From contig JBHGNT010000012.1 of NCBI GenBank assembly GCA_043228905.1, positions 18,972,001-19,036,000 of the forward strand: a DNA stretch of 64,000 bases, given 5' to 3'. The notes beneath the pieces were generated by a model. It was not told where the DNA came from, ran no database searches, and saw only the letters and a list, made by a program, of their open reading frames with translations. This document shows positions 1 to 14,125 of the stretch, piece by piece. A program made the position numbers and the translations under genes. How positions within the stretch are numbered: the stretch's first letter is position 1; each line of letters opens with the position of its first letter. Source of the DNA: Azolla caroliniana (lineage: Eukaryota > Plantae > Polypodiophyta).

Positions 1-349
1 AATCATGGGTTGGATGATCGAAATCAAATTCCTCTTGTGATGTTCTACATTGTTGTGGATAAAACTAATGTACACAAACAAAGCATTAAGATCCCTATAA
101 TGGTTTGTTGATATTGAAAGCCAAAGGTTTTGATCAATTCATTTTCAAATGACATTTACATCGTAAAATACTCAATCCTTCTTATGACATATTGGATAGT
201 ATTGTGAAATGCACATAACACTATGGTGCAATTAGCCTATCTACATTTAACGCGAATAATCATGGGTTGGATGATCGAAATCAAATTCCTCTCGTGATGT
301 TCTACATTGTTGTGGGTAAAACTAATGTACACAAACAAAGCATTAAGAT
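1..349. repeat. ~92-bp direct repeat (1-92 and 258-349)
   Basis: aatcatgggttggatgatcgaaatcaaattcctc...aaagcattaagat occurs at 1 and again at 258 with 2 mismatches. The first copy may be cut by the window edge. Confidence 0.85.
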
Positions 350-1039
350 ATATGAAGAGTGCTTAAGTTCAAGATTATAAGTAGATTAGTGCAAGATAAA
401 CATTTTGTGAAAGCAATGACACAATATAGTACCGTTAACCTTGTATTCCAAATGCATGGATGGGTGTGTACCCTAACATGTGCTCGATTTTTTGATATGG
501 AAGGTGTCAAGTGATTGCCTATCATCTTTTTCACTTCATACGATACATACACACACATGCAAAGCAAAAACATAACCCAAATACATGTAGATGATAAGAA
601 CTAACCAACCCACAACACGTACAATGACCATTCGACCATCAATGAGGTGGGGTGGTTGTTAAGACATCTACAAATTGATTCCATCCATCACTTCTCTTTA
701 TATCACAACTTTTGAAGAATCCATCGAATTCATGGGAGCTTACGTGGGTCAGACACAGGATCATGATATCTACGGGTTTAGATGGTTTCAGATTGTCATC
801 ATTCCACATGGATTGTCGACCACGCATATTGAATCAATCCCAAGGGTTTTATGCACATGTTCATGTCACATTGGTGTGCAAAGTGTCGCGATCGAACTAA
901 TCTATAAATCATGGCATTACATCGGCAAAGCACTCGGACTTGGGTCGAGTCGAGGTGGACGATTCGGGTTAGTTGGGTCTTTGGAAGGTGCCATTAATCC
1001 TAGGGGCAGAAGTGATGGTGATGGTTATGGAGTCCCATA

Positions 1040-1270
1040 GTACGTAATATACTCGAATGCATTGGCAAACATTCTTTTTTTGTCTCGTACGAATGCAAAC
1101 GAATGCGCATATTATGAAAATATTCTTATGTTTTGTTTTTACACTTTTTACCTTATAATAAATAATGAATACATCATACAAAAGAATGGTATTTACTATT
1201 TACTATACTTCGAGGGTGTTTACCATACTCGAATGATTGAAACATTCTTAATTGCGAATGCACGTATGGT
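1040..1270. repeat. Dispersed ~240-bp repeat (MITE/TE remnant), copy A
   Basis: gtacgtaatatactcgaatgcattggcaaacattc...atacttcgagggtgtttaccatactcgaatgattgaaacattc...gaatgcacgtatggta aligns with 26373-26620. Confidence 0.8.
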
Positions 1271-1428
1271 ACGTATGGTTCAAACTTCATACTATAGTTA
1301 TAGTTATGGTGATGGTGATGGTTATGATGGTGATCACTGATGATGATAGAGTCAGTGACTCGATTTTCAGTTGGAATTTACTGAAAATGGATCAGCCCCT
1401 GCGTCGTTTCTTTTCAATCAAACCCTAG

Positions 1429-1460
<32 letters not shown>

Positions 1461-1928
1461 CGGCTGAACACGACCCATTCCTTCCTACTTTCTCTGTTTT
1501 CTATTTTCGTTTTTCCTCGTATCAATTTAAATGCTTCACTCATAGCTCTGCTGTTCCATTCCGTTAGAAACATATATTTAGGGCTTAGTAAGAAATTGGG
1601 GCTTTGCAAGGAAATTAGGGTTTGGGAGGAAATTGGGTTTAAAAAAGAAAGAAAGTCCGCTTCCAGAGAAATTGGGGGCTTCCAAGTAAATTAGGGTTTA
1701 GTAGGAAACTGGGTTTTTCGAAATAGGTCAGGGTTAAGGAGGAGGAAATCGGGGATTTTCGAAAGAAATTAGGCCTTAGGAGGAAATTGTGTGTGTGTGT
1801 GTGTGTGTGTGTTTTGTTTTCCTTAAAACAAATTAGGGTTTAGAAAAAAATAGATTAGGGATCTTCAAGCCAAGTTAATAGGAGTTAGGAAGAAATTAGG
1901 GTTTCTGACCGTGTGCCCAAGGTTCTCG

Positions 1929-4815
1929 ATGACACCATGGGGCTGGCGCCTCGCTCACTCTTCTTCGAGCCACTCTTCTTCAGACATGGACAGAAGAGGC
2001 AGGATCAATACCACAAACTCTAGTGTTGTTGATCCTGATCATGCAGATGACCAGATTTCCCAAAGAGCAAGAAAGTGGTATGTATCCAACGGTGGAAGCT
2101 CGAGAATTTCTCTCTTCACTCGGCGTGGTGTTCGCAAGGGGATCAATCAAGACACTATGCTTGCTTGGGAGGTATGTCACTGAAAATCTTATGATTTTAA
2201 TCCAATAGTGAGATTTTGTTTTTTGTCACAATCAACTTGAAGATGATTGCCATGTTTGATGTTCGCGAAATGCTTGACACCTTAGGAGTTAAAGCCTAAA
2301 TCACTAATCCATTAGTAGGTTGCCATGTTTGATCATCGCGAAAGGCTTGACACCTTAGGAGTTAAAGCCGAAATCACTAATCCATTAGTAGGATGCCATG
2401 TTTGATCATCTCGAAATGCTTGTCACCTCAGGAGTTAAGGCCTAAATCACTAAGCCATTAGTAGGTTGCCATGTTTGATCATCGCGAAATTCTTGACACC
2501 TTAGGAGTTAAAGCCTAAATCACTAATCCATTAGTAGGATGCCATGTTTGATCATCGCGAAAGGCTTGACACCTTAGGAGTTAAAGCCGAAATCACTAAT
2601 CCATTAGTAGGATGCCATGTTTGATCATCTCGAAATGCTTGTCACCTTAGGAGTTAAGGCCTAAATCACTAAGCCATTAGTAGGTTGCCATGTTTGATCA
2701 TCGCGAAATGCTTGACACCTTAGGAGTTAAAGCCTAAATCACTAATCCATTAGTAGGATGCCATGTTTGATCATCTCGAAATGCTTTACACCTTAGGAGT
2801 TATGGCCTAAATCACTAATCCATTAGTAGGTTGCCATGTTTGATCATCGCGAAATGCTAGACACCTTAGGAGTTAAAGCCTAAATCACTAATCCATTAGT
2901 AGGATGCCATGTTTGATCATCTCGAAATGCTTTACACCTTAGGAGTTAAGGCCTAATCACTAAGCCATTAGTAGGTTGCCATGTTTGATCATTGCGAAAT
3001 GCTTGACACCTTAGGAGTTAAAGCCTAAATCACTAATCCATTAGTAGGTTACTATCCATCAAGATGCAATGTTTGCTTGGAGAGGTCATGTTTTGGCGTA
3101 AATCAATTCATGTAAACTTGAAACCTTTACTTTTTTGTATGTGTAGAGGTTTGGTTGTGAAGAAGGAACCATCTTCTGTGGGGTCTTCGATGGGCATGGC
3201 AACCATGGGCATCGAATCTCGAGAACAGTGAGAGACAAATTGCCGATCATTCTAGCTAATTGTTGGATGAATATGCAACCTCCTGCGAACTCCATGTCTT
3301 TCTCTACATCTGGTGCTAGCGAGACTGACATTGTCGGTGCCGATAGTCGTCGACAAGGGTCATCTGATGACGCGGCTCATGTTATTGCATGGAAAGAGTC
3401 TTTCCTTGTTGCATTTGAGCAGATGGATGGAGAGCTTTTGCGAGGGGATTTCGACTCCCACTCGAGTGGTACGACCGCGGTTGCTCTCGTAAAACAGGTG
3501 GGTATAATTTATCATATATGCCAAGTGTTGAATGTATCCTCTAGAATTTGTTTTCTTGCATAGTTGTGTGATCAAAACTACATCCAAATTTTGATTAGCA
3601 CAAAAAGGTTGCATTAGCACTGGTCTATAACATGTTGCGACAATCCCTCCATTTTATTTTCCTCACCTACTTGAGAGGACTTTTGTCTTTTGTGGGCCAA
3701 AACTTAGATGCATTGTATATGATCAATTCTCATAATTCCATTTGACATGATCAACTCTCATAATTGCATTTTTTTATCAATTCTCATCGTTGTGTATGTG
3801 ATAAATCATGCAATGGTGCTTATATATTTTGAATATTCTACAACACTTCTTACAGGGAAATGACCTCATTGTAGGTAATATTGGAGATTCAAGGGCTGTA
3901 TTGGGGACTAGGGTTGATGACAACTCCATGATAGCATCACAATTAACTGTTGACTTGATACCTAATGTACCAAGTAGGCAAATGGACACTCTAAATTGGA
4001 GATGCAAATGATTATTAATATATCGATTACCAAGTACCTAAATAACTTTTCTTTGTTGGTAAAAAAAACAACAGGAGAGGCGGAGAGGATCAAACGACAC
4101 AAAGGCCGTGTTTTCCCTTTACCAAACGAGCCCTCGGTGCATAGGGTTTGGTTACCCAATAAGACAACTCCTGGGTTAGCCATGGCAAGAACTTTCGGTG
4201 ATTATTGCCTCAAGAATTATGGTGTAATATCGGAGCCTGAAGTAACAATATGGCGACTATCCAAGAGAGATGAGTTTGTCGTGCTCGCCACGGATGGGGT
4301 ACGTCAAAGATAATGTTTACAAGCATATATGCAACCATATACCTCAATGGATCCAACTATCTAATTATACCTTGATGGAATCACTTGTGGTATACATGGG
4401 TCACCATATGCCTAAATGGAACCAACCATACCTTCATGTAGTCATTTATGGCGTAGATCTACACAAGTAACTATTAAAGCCAAATGTAGATTCATTAGCT
4501 CAAAGTAACCATATCATACCCCAACTTAATTAATGCATGTTAAACCTTCATGTGTACAGATAGGCCCATATTCTCTAATTTTAAGATTATGGCGATGTGT
4601 TTGCTCGTAATAGTCTAAATCCTTTGTCATATGATGATGGTTGGTTATAGGTGTGGAATGTTCTCACGAATCAAGAAGTTGTAGATATAGTGGCATCCAC
4701 ATCCGACCGATCATTTGCAGCGGAAGCTGTTGTGGACAAGGCAATGGGTGCTTGGAAGGCCAAGACGACAACCTCCAAGTCCGATGATTGTGCCGTTGTT
4801 TGCTTGTTTATATGA
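1929..4815 (+). CDS. Protein phosphatase 2C (PPM family), 5 exons: ~1929-2171, 3147-3497, 3856-3973, 4075-4298, 4651-4815
   Basis: The spliced product has the PP2C motifs KGINQD, FCGVFDGHG, SGTTAV, GNIGDSRAV, PGLAMARTFGD, LATDGVW and DDCAVVC. All introns are GT-AG and phases agree. The start codon is uncertain. Confidence 0.9.
2248..3050. repeat. 73-bp minisatellite, 11 copies, in PP2C intron 1
   Basis: Unit tgccatgtttgatcatcgcgaaatgcttgacaccttaggagttaaagcctaaatcactaatccattagtagg(t/a) starts at 2248, 2321, 2394, 2467 and so on. Confidence 0.95.
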
Positions 4816-6949
4816 TGTACAGCATTACTTGGGTCAAAGTCATGACCCGTGTACATACAAGGAGGGTTCCATACCATTACCAAACTCCGCCAATAGCTTG
4901 AAGTTTGGAGGTCAAGATTTGTATATCCCCCACCCCAAAAGAAAAGAAGGAATTCTTTGTCGAAGACCAATAAACTCAATGATATTTTCATGTTGTGTGA
5001 TGATATTTTGAAAGATCACATGAGGTATGTATTTGATTCTCAAGGGTAGAAATTAGAATCATGATTTCCCGATTCTTTGGTTGTATTTTAAAATAAACAA
5101 AAATTTAGAGTATACGTGGCTCCTAAGCTTTAATATCCCAACATTTTACACGATCACGAAATGTTGATGGGACACAAAAAAATCATCATTTAGGTGGTCA
5201 ACAATCTAATAAGAAGTTTTTACTTGAGTTTGTATGTATTGTGACAAACCATGTATTTTTTTACTTTGGTTCACTATGCACATATGTGAAAAGTTGATAA
5301 ATGTGTGTATTGTATGTGCCATTTGGAATATGGTGCAAAAGTGTTTGGTAAAATTTGGAATGGTGCACCATATTCAAATTCATTTTCATCCAATCAATCA
5401 TTTGCACATTTGCTGTTTGGATGTGAATCAATCTTGTTAATATAGGAGACATCATTGTTGTCAGTAGATGGTTGTATGAAAAATAAATCTCTATTTTCTA
5501 CAATGTGAGTAAAAGGAAATGCAAAATTGTGGAAAAGAGAAGGGTCATCATTTTAGTGTTTGGAAACTACATGGTCACTACATTACAAGAAGTACTAGAA
5601 AAGATTATGGTAACTATCGAACAATCCAAATAGGAATGTTTGAACTTTGAAACCAAAAAGGATATGAATATATATCATTAGAAAAGATGTAAGGGACATT
5701 GAAAATGATACATTTAAGAACTTTCTATAGTTTCAGATAATATTTGAAGTCCATGTTACCTCTTGGGTACTTTCGCTTGACAAGATGCCTCCAATAGAAC
5801 TTCCTTTTGAAGGCTGCCATAATAAGATAACCTCGTAAATCCCATAATTTGAGGGAACATGTAGTCTCTTAAATGTATAAATGCAACACTTTCATGTTCT
5901 GCTTTAGCACCTAATTCTTGTTATTTCAAGCGAATTCAAGAGCAAAGATTATGGAGGGTATATTTCAGAAGACAATGTGCATACATCATGCTTAAATTGA
6001 TGTAAAACAGATATGACAAAAGACATAATGGGCATACTAGTTTTGAATGTTACCCAAATTATGAATGCATAGTTTGCTATTTACAATACGTTCCAATTGA
6101 TTTAGCAATCGGGAAGAGGGGGAAAGCATACACCACACTATTGCTCCAAAGTTATGTCAACAACTTATCAATTCAACTTGAAATTTTCATGATAAACTCA
6201 CATTGGCAATGTAAGTTAATGATGATTGTGTGATGCTTATAGGTGTGTTGTGTCAAGAACACATCTTTATCTCGGTCAGAGTTCTATCTCTTACTAAGGA
6301 CGTATGTCAGAGTCAGACTACATTTTGTTGGCAAAATAGGCAAGAGTGGTTGTCAAGCACTCTTGAACTTCTAACACTTATATATTATGACCTAGTTAAA
6401 CTCATCCTTTCAACTCTTAGACAATTAGTTATTAAACACATGAAAGCATGTACAAATAAGTAATCTATTAGTTACTGACGCAAGAAATCATGTACAAATA
6501 AACAACCTTTTAGTTAACAATGCATAAAAGAATGTACAAATAAGTAAACCAAACTTCAATTAGTTAAAGGAAATTGCCACAAAAACAGGATATGAGAACA
6601 AAACATGAATGTCATATGTTGACCTTTTTGAGAATCAACTATGGTTAATGCCTCCTTTTATTGAATCAATATTAAACCATGCATGAATTAACATGCGACT
6701 ATAGAACCTTATACATGGAAACCCATTTAGAGTTCCTAAAATCATCCCCTCCTCTTATTGACAACTTCGAGTCAAAGACGTCTTGTGTGTATAATGGTGA
6801 TGGAACTTGCGGATCACATCAAGTGCATTGGTGAGGTGGATGGAAAGTCCCAAGTGGCCTCTAATAATGGATAAACTTCCATCAAGATGAAGTAATGGAT
6901 CTGGCGGTGCAATCTCCTTGAGGTCAAGATTTCCTCGATGTTCCCCCGT

Positions 6950-8100
6950 CCTTGAGTTGTATGCTAGGAGGTTGTCCATATTGTCAAATAAGAATCCAAT
7001 ATCCATAATATGGCCTTATGGGTGTCATATTAGATACCCATGAATTTGGAAATGTTTTCGTAAGATGAGTCAAAAGACCACCAATGTTTTATTTGTTTGG
7101 AGACATGGAATGTTCTCAATCTCTTATATTGATCTAATTTTGCACAATATTGGATTGTGGTGATGTGTCAACATGGAAGCCAACCTTTGTCACCAACCTT
7201 AAAGTTGGTGGTGTAGATTTCCAACAATCAACCTAGTTTTTATAAAATGCATGTGCCTTGGCAAGTTCGTGCGCAAGGTTGCAATGAACCCTTGCTAGTA
7301 CCTTGGCTCACTCAGCCTCAGTTGGATTCATTAAATTGCCATATATCAACGTCAAAGCTTGGATTAAAACCATGGCTTGTGAAGAAGGGTTTTGTGGCGA
7401 TTCAAGAATGTAAGGCGTTGTAAGCAAACTCAACCAATGGTGAGAGTTGTACCTATTCATATTGTTGATAGCTCACCATGCATCAAAGATATTGATTGAA
7501 GACATGGTTGTTCGATTTGACTATCGATCCTTGAGTGGAACGTTGAGGGCAACTTTGTTATGGTTCTAAGGAATTAGAAAGAGATGTTGTCACAAATATT
7601 GTGAGATGAAATTGTGGCCCTTGATTTGACATTATGTGATCTACAAGCCTATGGAGCTCATAGATTTGTTGTATCCACATTTCAAGAGATATTTTTCAAA
7701 CAAGGAATAAAATGGGCCATCTTTGTAAAATTGTCTATTGTTACAAGTGTCATATAGTATCCATTAGATAACATAAGATCACATTTTCATGGTTATTATG
7801 AAGCAAGAGCTCGTCATTAATTGTAATTTGGTTCAAATAATTGAATATTGAAATCATTCTTTAATTTTGTATATATGTCACTGACGAGCAAATCGCCTAT
7901 AGGAAGCATACAAGTCATAAAAACCTTTGACATGATCAAATTTCGAAGGGCAATGAGTTTGTTGTTCATAAGCTTCATCCTAGCGCAAATCAATAGCTCA
8001 ACACATTGAGAGAGGGCATCTGCTTTTTGTGTTGGGATCTAGAATCAATAGGATATTAGGAGTCACCTAGCACCACAATCTCCACAACCAGTGTGTTGAG
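6950..8100 (-). mobile_element. Highly decayed Ty3/Gypsy pol remnant (RNase H end/integrase)
   Basis: Short minus-strand peptides ADALS (~8010), IMSNQGPQF (~7620), FHSRIDSQIE (~7530) and GFHV (~7170) resemble Gypsy ADALSR, IVSDRGPQF, YHPQTDGQTE and VFHVS, in the correct order. There is no long ORF. Confidence 0.45.
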
Positions 8101-11100
8101 TGTTGGATACTTAACAGATAGGTAGATAGATTTTATTATCATCTTTGGGGGAAAAAAAAACATTTTCATGTAATACATATGAAAATGAGTAGTGATTCTC
8201 AATGATCAAGACCTTTATTAATGAATGTCACTATGAAGAGTGCACATTGTGAGTACATGAGAAAGTCACACAAGGATTGGGTTCTTCAAATATGTGTGGA
8301 AAGCATAGTCAAAAGTAAATAATGGAATAACATTTTATGAAAGTGTGATATTCATACACCCAAGCTTGTTTTGGGCAAAATGTGTGTAGTTGACAAGTTT
8401 CATGACTTATACCCCAACGCCCAATCCCAAAATGAATGGAGCATGAGCTAAATCATATGAAAACAATGGCTTATATGGCATACAATGGATAGGTTCTAAC
8501 ATTTATTGATGCATGCAATTTCCCTATATGACAATAGATATGGTTATTGTAGTTAGGTGCAATTTCCTTGTATGGCTAAATGGCACTTAACACTTATGAG
8601 AGAGAAGTGAGAGAAAGTAGTAACTTAGATTACAAAGGGTGGAGAAAATTAAAGATTCAAGAAGAAGAGCTAAAAAGGCACAAACGAAACATTTATAACT
8701 CATTTACAAAAATGTTGTCCCATTTAACGTTTGGGTGGCATTAGGACTAAAGCTTTAGAACTACTTTGTTTTGTTCCTCTCTCTCTCTCTCTCTCCCCCC
8801 CCCCCCCCCCCCCCTCTCTCTTGGTCTCATGCTTGGTCTTTCGTATCATTGACAACATTGATGACTTCATGGGTCGTGCAACGTGTTGTGTATGGGGAAA
8901 GTATTTAATACTAACATGCAAATCTTGTAACTCAATAACTTGTTTTCATGATCGATTTGACTATGTATACAATAAAGTAGATTTGGAGTTTGATTATGAG
9001 AATTTGGAGTTTGTCTAGAATGTCTATCCATCTTGTTGTTAAAACATTATGTGTGTATCGACAAGGATGGTGTATTTTATTCACTTATCATGGTAATTGC
9101 ACAAAATTCCAATCGTACATGCATGCATTGAGTTCTTTCAAAGGTTCATACATTTAAATGATGGTGTAGGCTAATGTGTATTAAGCAATGAGACACTTCT
9201 CAGTTCTTAAAGATTGTGACACCAAGATTGCAATTCCAATAAAATCAATGCATCTCAAATGATTTTTGAATTCGTCAATGAGAAGTTGTTTGAGTGATCA
9301 ATATCTTTAGAAAAGCCACAAATTGGGAAATGTATTATTCTTGGTCTTCACGAGTCACTTGTGATTGTAAAAATATTACCATGAGAAACGTTTTAGGTAA
9401 ATAATTTATTGATGGCTGGTGTTTTATCGAATTTTAAATTAATGGCACATTTCTACTTGTTATATAAAATTTACTCAAATATAATGTTGTTTATGTGTGT
9501 TAATGTTACATGTACAGATCATCCTCTCCATTTCAGACTTTCACGAAATGGTTAAGAGTCTAGAGAGCAACAAATGTGCATGAACAACACTTTAGATCAT
9601 ACCTCATAAGGGTGCCCAAATAGGTGTTTCAACGAAGTATTGAATTGCCAAGGTTTTTATGTATCTCAATCATTTGGTGCCTTGTCATGATGACAATAAT
9701 TTTGTGTGTACAAAATCAATATACGTTGAAGGATCCACAAAAACTGGGACTGGGAGCATCTTTGTATTTTAGGTAGATGTAAAATGTAATATGCTTTAAA
9801 CATGAAATCCAATCATGAAAAAAGGTATCAAATGATAAGTCGGGACTCGAGAATAATTTAATGAGTTGTCCATATTCATCGATTGAAAACAAACTATTTG
9901 TAAAGTTTCGTTCGGTCAAATTTTACATTTAAACATTATAAGATATTTTGCACTTACAAATACAACGTTTTAATATAGCATTTCATACATTATTATCATT
10001 TATTGTTATTAAAAAGACAAATATGGTTTTTTGTCGCTCAAAGTATAATCCCAATTATGATTGATTTGAAATGATCAGTAGTTTAGAGGTGGAAATTTAA
10101 CGAGGATTTCGAGCATGGGTATGTTGTTGGTTTCGATGATAGGAATTAGAAGATGATGTACAAACACAAGATCATGACCCGCAAATGAAATGACACTTGT
10201 ACTTATCATATATCACGAATCATAAAAGGAAGGGGTGCGAGAACAAATGAAAGGTAATCATGATGGACACATCCTAATTTGTCAAGGATAAGAGCCACAA
10301 GGTGAGCCACAAACACAAGATCAAGGCTTCATACCCAGCAAAAAAAGAACTACAAGAACCAAAACTCGTGTCTTCCATGTCATTGCACTTGCAATATCGA
10401 GTTTGCACTATATTCAAGGTCTTGTTAGAGATGTGAACTCAATCATGTTTGCATTTAATGCGGATATGTGGCAATAAAATATTTAGTAAAGTATCAACTT
10501 GAGAGAGAATCAACTAAATTGTACAGGAATCAATCGAATGTAATAGAAAATTGGCTAATATTGACCACGTTCTTAATTACCAATAGACAAACAGTTATTC
10601 AATTTTAGTGAGTCCCACTAGAAGATAATTCAATAGACGTTTTTGTCTCCTGGATTCTCTTCTTCTCCTTGAAGCCTTAAGTTTGTTGGTTGTAGTAATG
10701 GCTTTCAGGCAATACAATGTTTGAGAGGAGACACGTAAAGGAGTGTTGGTGCTAACATTCTCCTAACACATGCTTGGTGTTATTTTGTCAAATTCCTTTT
10801 AGAGCAATGTCACAACAGTTTAAAAGAAAAAAACAATCATTCATACTTTATTTTCCAAGGGCATTTCTCTAAGCTTGCCCTTTGTAAAAGCATTTAAAGG
10901 TTTCACAAACCCTAAAAAGTATGGCTAACGGTTTCCTTCCTCCCCCCCTGGCCCCAACAATTAGAATATATGGTGTCCTACAATGAGTACCAACAACTAA
11001 AGGTTCGAGACAAAGAGTGCATTTATATTTCAATTTGTGACTCATTTTCTCTGACAATGCATGCAAATGTGTGTGGTGTGCGAGTATTGATTTGAAATAT

Positions 11101-12049
11101 TTTGATATGCTTATTTGAGGCACATCGTTTGTCGCCACCTCCTATTGGCTTAAAAGCCACCACATTACAAATCAAATTTATCTGTGTCATATATTGCACC
11201 ACTTGTAAGCCGTCATTGCCTCCTCCTAAATATAAACCCCCATGCCCAACCATAAAAATCAATGCGCTATTTTAAACCACACATTTCAAGCCAACAATCT
11301 CCAAGAAAAACATGTGCAAAAATACCCAACTTTATTATTCAAAAAATCCAATGCTCAATATTGATGATGATAAAAAAACATTTGACAAGTTGTGTTTATG
11401 AACTAAATGATGTCTAGTGCGCTTTTCCTCTTTCCGTAGACCACAACTCGAACTAGGGCAATTGTCTTAGTGTTCATGCTTCGAAAAGCAGCACTTATGT
11501 TGTATTACCCAAAGGGCACGATTGGTTTCTTTACGAATACATGTATAGGACACATTTGAAAGAAAGACACCTATGCAGAAACAATTTGAATGTTTCACTA
11601 GTGTGCAAACTTTGAGGTTTAATGAAACAAATTTTTTTGTGAATTGTTTTTGAGAAATCAATTGACCGAAATTGAAAACGTGTGTAGCATTATGTTTTAA
11701 GGTTGGCCCATATTATACCTTTGCTTATATTAAAACTATGACAATAATCTAAACAGAAACACAATTTCATGATGTATACTCCTCTAAACTATTAGAGCCT
11801 ATGATAGTGGCTAGTTTATGCTTGTAATTCTTTTCATTTTTCTTTTTGGAACATTGGTTGAGTCCCATGGTCCACCATCTCCCACTAGGGGTTTTAGTGG
11901 GTTTTCATAATAAAGAAAAAAGTTTTCAAATTTTTTTCACTTGGCACTTTTAGAAGCTACGAAACTTTTTCCCAAGTTTACGAACTCCTCGAAAACCTCG
12001 ATCCGAGGGTAAACGACTGATCAAACATCTACCTTTCTCACCCTTGCAA

Positions 12050-13340
12050 AAAGTCAGACCATTAAAATGTCGAGCTCTTCACTTTTTAAGCAAAATTAAT
12101 GACAATTGTCAATTAAAATAGGTGGAATCATACAAAATTGCATCGGTCTTGTAAATGTATTGTGATGGGACGTGGGCTTTAAACATGAGAAGAATTAACA
12201 CATTGAAACATGGGGTGATTTCCTTGGAGAGTAAGTGGCAAGAGAGCTTTTCACCACGATTTACATGGTTTTAATAAGTTTGTTTTTTCCTCTCCTATGA
12301 TCCATCCATGTCACCGATGCATAATGGATGAGTCGTGGCCCGTGGGTATGTCATAGGTGCTCCTACATGGTGGGCCATGCATTCATTATTGAATGTGGAG
12401 TTGGAAGAATCAAACATTTTAAAGATTGCAAATCTAGTCCAAAAGCTTGCCATATGATACAAAAAGTTGACTCACCAATTAATCCTGAATTAAGAATACC
12501 GCCAACCACTTGCTTGCCGAATCAATTTGCCCACATTATGTACATGAGACCCGAGTTTATGAATGTGGGTGAAAATTTGATAGCTTTCATGGAAGTCTTT
12601 GGAATTTTGGTTGCTTGAGGAAACACAACTGATATGTTATGCACATATATTCTTTAAAGCACTATATCGATATGCAATTGAAGATAAAATTTCTAGCTTT
12701 CCATGTCATAAACCATACAATTGCTCATCTTAATAAATGTATAAATGGCACCCGTCAAATTCTACCACTGTAAATTGTGGGCACTCAACGGAGAATGGGG
12801 GCATATTGAGCCAACCTACACATTGCTGGTGATTATATTGTTTTGTTTTTCTCCTTCGAGGTATTTACATGTCGCGAAATTTATACAAATTACCATTGTT
12901 GTTGTCACTTTATACACCAAGAGAAGGCAGGTTCTCATGGATATCTTCCATTTGAAAAACATACATTTTAGAAGAAGACATGCCTCGATTACATGAAACA
13001 TAAATAGTGTGACGTAAGATTTGTGTTATTTTTCATTGCGAGTCTTATTGCACTAGAAGTTTAAAAAATAACATTTATTTGCATCAAGACAAAAAGACTG
13101 GTCTATCCCTTCCATGCAGGTTACTTTAAGGAGATAATGAGTAAATCTCTCATTCCCATCTTTATTGACTATTGTTACAAAAGACCAATTCCTGAGCATA
13201 GTTTCTACAAAGTAGACCATTTCAAAGAGGCAACAACATGACACCCTCCAAAAGCTTACTCCGTAGAAAATCGAGCCAAAACATGCTTTGATGTCAAGGT
13301 CAAGCAAGAGGAACAAAGTATGAACTTGAAGCAAGGTTTT
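12050..13340 (-). mobile_element. Highly decayed Ty3/Gypsy-like RT/RNase H remnant
   Basis: ORF 13053-13334 contains NWSFVTIVNKDG and FCLDANKCY, which loosely match RT SPWSSPVVLVKKKDG and FSxLDAxxGY. A TDA motif lies near 12145. The signal is weak. Confidence 0.3.
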
Positions 13341-13949
13341 ATGAGGAAACCAAACCTAGTGAAAGGGTTTGGTGTGTACTTAGAATCCAGACGAGCTGTG
13401 AGGAAGGAGTTTAGGAAAGAGAGGTGTAAGACCATCGTGTGTAATAAATCACAGGACGGAATATGAAAACAAACTAGCGACATGGAAGGGAAAACATTAA
13501 CAGGTCGGCAAGGAGCGTGGCGGGGACTAGGGATGCTATTGTAGTACATATGTAAGGGATGGGATATGGTGTCGACAAGTCACAAACCCGATGGTCGACT
13601 TCATTCGAACAAAGAGAGGCGTACGATACAACGCGCGTGCATATTAGTCTCGTTACTATTACCGAGGGTGGGAGAGAACAAACGAGGCCTTGACATGGGT
13701 GTGAGGCGATCCAATGTGTTGCCGAGAAAACTAGATAAGAAGCTCACGAGAAGGCCAGAGATAGTTATAACAAGTGGATTTTTACATACAATTACTATAT
13801 GATTATGTGCTTTTACCCAGAAGCAGAAGAAGAGAGAGAGAGAGAGAGAGAGATGAGGGGCATGCTCGTAATTTTGGAGAACTTGCGGAGGGGTATTTCC
13901 CGCCCAAAAAATGCACCCCTTTCGAAAGGGCTGCCGAGCTGGCAGGGAC

Positions 13950-14125
13950 GGAGGCTGACGTGGCGTGGGGACGATCCACGTGGCGCCCTTCCGTTGGCCC
14001 GGCCTGCCACGCCGTACCCACGAATTTTTAACAATATATGTTAACAGGCAGAAGTCATGATGACGCGGGGATGACGTGGAAAGCAACGAACTCCCGCGGG
14101 CACGTGGCGCATCCTGATTGGCAGC
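13950..14125 (+). promoter_or_regulatory. Cluster of ACGT-core G-box/ABRE elements upstream of the NET gene
   Basis: TGACGTGGC at 13956, CACGTGGC at 13977, TGACGTGG at 14072, CACGTGGC at 14101 and a reverse CCAAT (ATTGG) at ~14117, in a GC-rich island. Confidence 0.6.

Noticed and set aside
1612-1905. Scattered TTAGGG/TTAGGGTTT as interstitial telomere
   Set aside because: These are isolated telo-box-like motifs in a 5' region, not a tandem array.
2248-3050. Regular arrays (also 20132-20587, 24913-25945, 33653-33931) as CRISPR
   Set aside because: They are head-to-tail units with no unique spacers and no cas genes, in a eukaryotic intron context.
9100-11700. Possible decayed DNA-transposon coding remnants
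   Set aside because: No motif, TIR or TSD that I can support by eye.
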